Assembly (NCBI GenBank): GCA_020137815.1
Contig: CM035361.1
Coordinates: 6,572,001 to 6,636,000 of the forward strand
DNA: 64,000 nt
Direction of reading: 5' to 3'
Origin: Hormiphora californensis
Lineage: Eukaryota; Animalia; Ctenophora
Under the pieces are notes generated by a model, which was not told the DNA's origin, did not search any database, and saw only the letters and a list, made by a program, of their open reading frames with translations. Shown here one piece after another: positions 59,257-64,000 of this stretch. Numbering within the stretch: position 1 is the stretch's first letter; the number at the start of each line of letters is the position of its first letter. Both the position numbers and the translations under genes were made by a program.

Positions 59257-62200
59257 CTGTAAGAAACATGACAGAGGTTTTTCTACCTCTTATTCTGATC
59301 CTGTAAGGAACATGACAGAGGTTTTTCTACCTCTTATTCTGATCCTGTAAGGAACATGACAGAGGTTTTTCTACCTCTTATTCTGATCATGTAAAGAACA
59401 TGACAGAGGTTTTTCTACCTCTTATTCTGATCCTGTAAAGAACATGACAGAGGTTTTTCTACCTCTTATTCTGATCATGTAAAGAACATGACAGAGGTTT
59501 TTCTACCTCTTATTCTGATCCTGTAAAGAACATGACAGAGGTTTTTCTACCTCTTATTCTGATCCTGTAAGGAACATGACAGAGGTTTTTCTACCTCTTA
59601 TTCTGATCATGTAAAGAACATGACAGAGGTTTTTCTACCTCTTATTCTGATCCTGTAAAGAACATGACAGAGGTTTTTCTACCTCTTATTCTGATCCTGT
59701 AAGGAACATGACAGAGGTTTTTCTACCTCTTATTCTGATCCTGTAAGGAACATGACAGAGGTTTTTCTACCTCTTATTCTGATCATGTAAAGAACATGAC
59801 AGAGGTTTTTCTACCTCTTATTCTGATCATGTAAAGAACATGACAGAGGTTTTTCTACCTCTTATTCTGATCCTGTAAGGAACATGACAGAGGTTTTTCT
59901 ACCTCTTATTCTGATCATGTAAGGAACATGACAGAGGTTTTTCTACCTCTTATTCTGATCCTGTAAGGAACATGACAGAGGTTTTTCTACCTCGTATTCT
60001 GATCCTGTAAGGAACATGACAGAGGTTTTTCTACCTCTTATTCTGATCCTGTAAGGAACATGACAGAGGTTTTTCTACCTCTTATTCTGATCCTGTAAGG
60101 AACATGACAGAGGTTTTTCTACCTCTTATTCTGATCCTGTAAGGAACATGACAGAGGTTTTTCTACCTCTTATTCTGATCCTGTAAGGAACATGACAGAG
60201 GTTTTTCTACCTCTTATTCTGATCCTGTAAGGAACATGACAGAGGTTTTTCTACCTCTTATTCTGATCCTGTAAGGAACATGACAGAGGTTTTTCTACCT
60301 CTTATTCTGATCATGTAAAGAACATGACAGAGGTTTTTCTACCTCTTATTCTGATCATGTAAGGAACATGACAGAGGTTTTTCTACCTCGTATTCTGATC
60401 CTGTAAGGAACATGACAGAGGTTTTTCTACCTCTTATTCTGATCCTGTAAGGAACATGACAGAGGTTTTTCTACCTCTTATTCTGATCCTGTAAGGAACA
60501 TGACAGAGGTTTTTCTACCTCTTATTCTGATCCTGTAAGGAACATGACAGAGGTTTTTCTACCTCTTATTCTGATCCTGTAAGGAACATGACAGAGGTTT
60601 TTCTACCTCTTATTCTGATCCTGTAAGGAACATGATAGAGGTTTTTCTACCTCTTATTCTGATCCTGTAAAGAACATGACAGAGGTTTTTCTACCTCTTA
60701 TTCTGATCCTGTAAGGAACATGACAGAGGTTTTTCTACCTCTTATTCTGATCCTGTAAGGAACATGACAGAGGTTTTTCTACCTCTTATTCTGATCCTGT
60801 AAGGAACATGACAGAGGTTTTTCTACCTCTTATTCTGATCCTGTAAGAAACATGACAGAGGTTTTTCTACCTCTTATTCTGATCCTGTAAGGAACATGAC
60901 AGAGGTTTTTCTACCTCTTATTCTGATCCTGTAAGGAACATGACAGAGGTTTTTCTACCTCTTATTCTGATCCTGTAAAGAACATGACAGAGGTTTTTCT
61001 ACCTCTTATTCTGATCCTGTAAAGAACATGACAGAGGTTTTTCTACCTCTTATTCTGATCCTGTAAGGAACATGACAGAGGTTTTTCTACCTCTTATTCT
61101 GATCCTGTAAGGAACATGACAGAGGTTTTTCTACCTCTTATTCTGATCCTGTAAGGAACGTGACAGAGGTTTTTCTACCTCTTATTCTGATCCTGTAAGG
61201 AACATGACAGAGGTTTTTCTACCTCTTATTCTGATCCTGTAAGGAACATGACAGAGGTTTTTCTACCTCTTATTCTGATCCTGTAAGGAACATGACAGAG
61301 GTTTTTCTACCTCTTATTCTGATCATGTAAAGAACATGACAGAGGTTTTTCTACCTCTTATTCTGATCCTGTAAGAAACATGACAGAGGTTTTTCTACCT
61401 CTTATTCTGATCCTGTAAGGAACATGACAGAGGTTTTTCTACCTCTTATTCTGATCCTGTAAAGAACATGACAGAGGTTTTTCTACCTCTTATTCTGATC
61501 ATGTAAAGAACATGACAGAGGTTTTTCTACCTCTTATTCTGATCCTGTAAAGAACATGACAGAGGTTTTTCTACCTCTTATTCTGATCCTGTAAGGAACA
61601 TGACAGAGGTTTTTCTACCTCTTATTCTGATCATGTAAAGAACATGACAGAGGTTTTTCTACCTCTTATTCTGATCATGTAAAGAACATGACAGAGGTTT
61701 TTCTACCTCTCATTCTGATCCTGTAAAGAACATGACAGAGGTTTTTCTACCTCTTATTCTGATCCTGTAAGGAACATGACAGAGGTTTTTCTACCTCTTA
61801 TTCTGATCCTGTAAGGAACATGACAGAGGTTTTTCTACCTCTTATTCTGATCATGTAAAGAACATGACAGAGGTTTTTCTACCTCTTATTCTGATCCTGT
61901 AAGGAACATGACAGAGGTTTTTCTACCTCTTATTCTGATCCTGTAAGGAACATGACAGAGGTTTTTCTACCTCTTATTCTGATCCTGTAAGGAACATGAC
62001 AGAGGTTTTTCTACCTCTTATTCTGATCCTGTAAGGAACATGACAGAGGTTTTTCTACCTCTTATTCTGATCCTGTAAGGAACATGACAGAGGTTTTTCT
62101 ACCTCTTATTCTGATCCTGTAAGGAACATGACAGAGGTTTTTCTACCTCTTATTCTGATCCTGTAAGGAACATGACAGAGGTTTTTCTACCTCTTATTCT

Positions 62201-64000
62201 GATCCTGTAAGGAACATGACAGAGGTTTTTCTACCTCTTATTCTGATCCTGTAAGGAACATGACAGAGGTTTTTCTACCTCTTATTCTGATCATGTAAAG
62301 AACATGACAGAGGTTTTTCTACCTCTTATTCTGATCCTGTAAGGAACATGACAGAGGTTTTTCTACCTCTTATTCTGATCATGTAAAGAACATGACAGAG
62401 GTTTTTCTACCTCTTATTCTGATCCTGTAAGGAACATGACAGAGGTTTTTCTACCTCTTATTCTGATCCTGTAAGGAACATGACAGAGGTTTTTCTACCT
62501 CTTATTCTGATCCTGTAAGGAACATGACAGAGGTTTTTCTACCTCTTATTCTGATCCTGTAAAGAACATGACAGAGGTTTTTCTACCTCTTATTCTGATC
62601 CTGTAAAGAACATGACAGAGGTTTTTCTACCTCTTATTCTGATCCTGTAAGGAACATGACAGAGGTTTTTCTACCTCTTATTCTGATCCTGTAAGGAACA
62701 TGACAGAGGTTTTTCTACCTCTTATTCTGATCATGTAAAGAACATGACAGAGGTTTTTCTACCTCTTATTCTGATCATGTAAAGAACATGACAGAGGTTT
62801 TTCTACCTCTTATTCTGATCCTGTAAGGAACATGACAGAGGTTTTTCTACCTCTTATTCTGATCCTGTAAAGAACATGACAGAGGTTTTTCTACCTCTTA
62901 TTCTGATCCTGTAAAGAACATGACAGAGGTTTTTCTACCTCTTATTCTGATCCTGTAAAGAACATGACAGAGGTTTTTCTACCTCTTATTCTGATCCTGT
63001 AAAGAACATGACAGAGGTTTTTCTACCTCTTATTCTGATCCTGTAAGGAACATGACAGAGGTTTTTCTACCTCTTATTCTGATCATGTAAAGAACATGAC
63101 AGAGGTTTTTCTACCTCTTATTCTGATCCTGTAAGGAACATGACAGAGGTTTTTCTACCTCTTATTCTGATCCTGTAAGGTTCACATGACAGAGGTTTTT
63201 CTACCTCTTATTCTGATCCTGTAAGGAACATGACAGAGGTTTTTCTACCTCTTATTCTGATCCTGTAAGGAACATGACAGAGGTTTTTCTACCTCTTATT
63301 CTGATCATGTAAAGAACATGACAGAGGTTTTTCTACCTCTTATTCTGATCCTGTAAAGAACATGACAGAGGTTTTTCTACCTCTTATTCTGATCCTGTAA
63401 AGAACATGACAGAGGTTTTTCTACCTCTTATTCTGATCCTGTAAGGAACATGACAGAGGTTTTTCTACCTCTTATTCTGATCCTGTAAGGAACATGACAG
63501 AGGTTTTTCTACCTCTTATTCTGATCCTGTAAAGAACATGACAGAGGTTTTTCTACCTCTTATTCTGATCCTGTAAGGAACATGACAGAGGTTTTTCTAC
63601 CTCTTATTCTGATCCTGTAAGGAACATGACAGAGGTTTTTCTACCTCTTATTCTGATCCTGTAAAGAACATGACAGAGGTTTTTCTACCTCTTATTCTGA
63701 TCCTGTAAGGAACATGACAGAGGTTTTTCTACCTCTTATTCTGATCATGTAAAGAACATGACAGAGGTTTTTCTACCTCTTATTCTGATCCTGTAAGGAA
63801 CATGACAGAGGTTTTTCTACCTCGTATTCTGATCCTGTAAGGAACGTGACAGAGGTTTTTCTACCTCGTATTCTGATCCTGTAAGGAACATGACAGAGGT
63901 TTTTCTACCTCTTATTCTGATCCTGTAAGGAACATGACAGAGGTTTTTCTACCTCTTATTCTGATCCTGTAAAGAACATGACAGAGGTTTTTCTACCTCT
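59232..64000. repeat. 44-bp tandem array (at least 108 copies), running off the window end
   Basis: Unit is GAACATGACAGAGGTTTTTCTACCTCTTATTCTGATCCTGTAAG, with recurring CCT/CAT and AAGG/AAAG variants. Confidence 0.97.

Overview
Intron-rich eukaryotic DNA, most likely from a ctenophore. The dispersed repeat reading QPIRTRYLGHVTGYQPIRDQYFL and the 'IPWDLESVPLQVQTDS' domain genes resemble Pleurobrachia sequences; this is recalled, not searched. By reading GT-AG exons by eye I reconstructed three + strand genes that the ORF track mostly misses: the 3' half of a calpain-5-like gene (16628-26852), poly(A) polymerase (34627-51306, with five exons present twice across an N-gap) and the 5' part of ATG2 (53040-58915+). 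Their introns and flanks hold a decayed Helitron RepHel, hAT-like, Tc1-like and CRE fragments, a 36-bp acidic coding array, two nested secreted-protein genes, two ORF1-only LINE-like elements, an inverted CR1 pair, a SINE and several MITEs. The main unexplained pattern is that about 14 exon-intron junctions are tandemly duplicated, from 2 to more than 100 copies. The repeat unit is the splice junction itself, so each exon stays intact and is flanked by intronic arrays of decoy donors or acceptors. A second signal is a family of tiny asymmetric-ended elements with 8-bp TSDs. Several stretches (33.3-34.5 kb, 38.7-44.8 kb, 54.4-55.5 kb) look like low-quality consensus.
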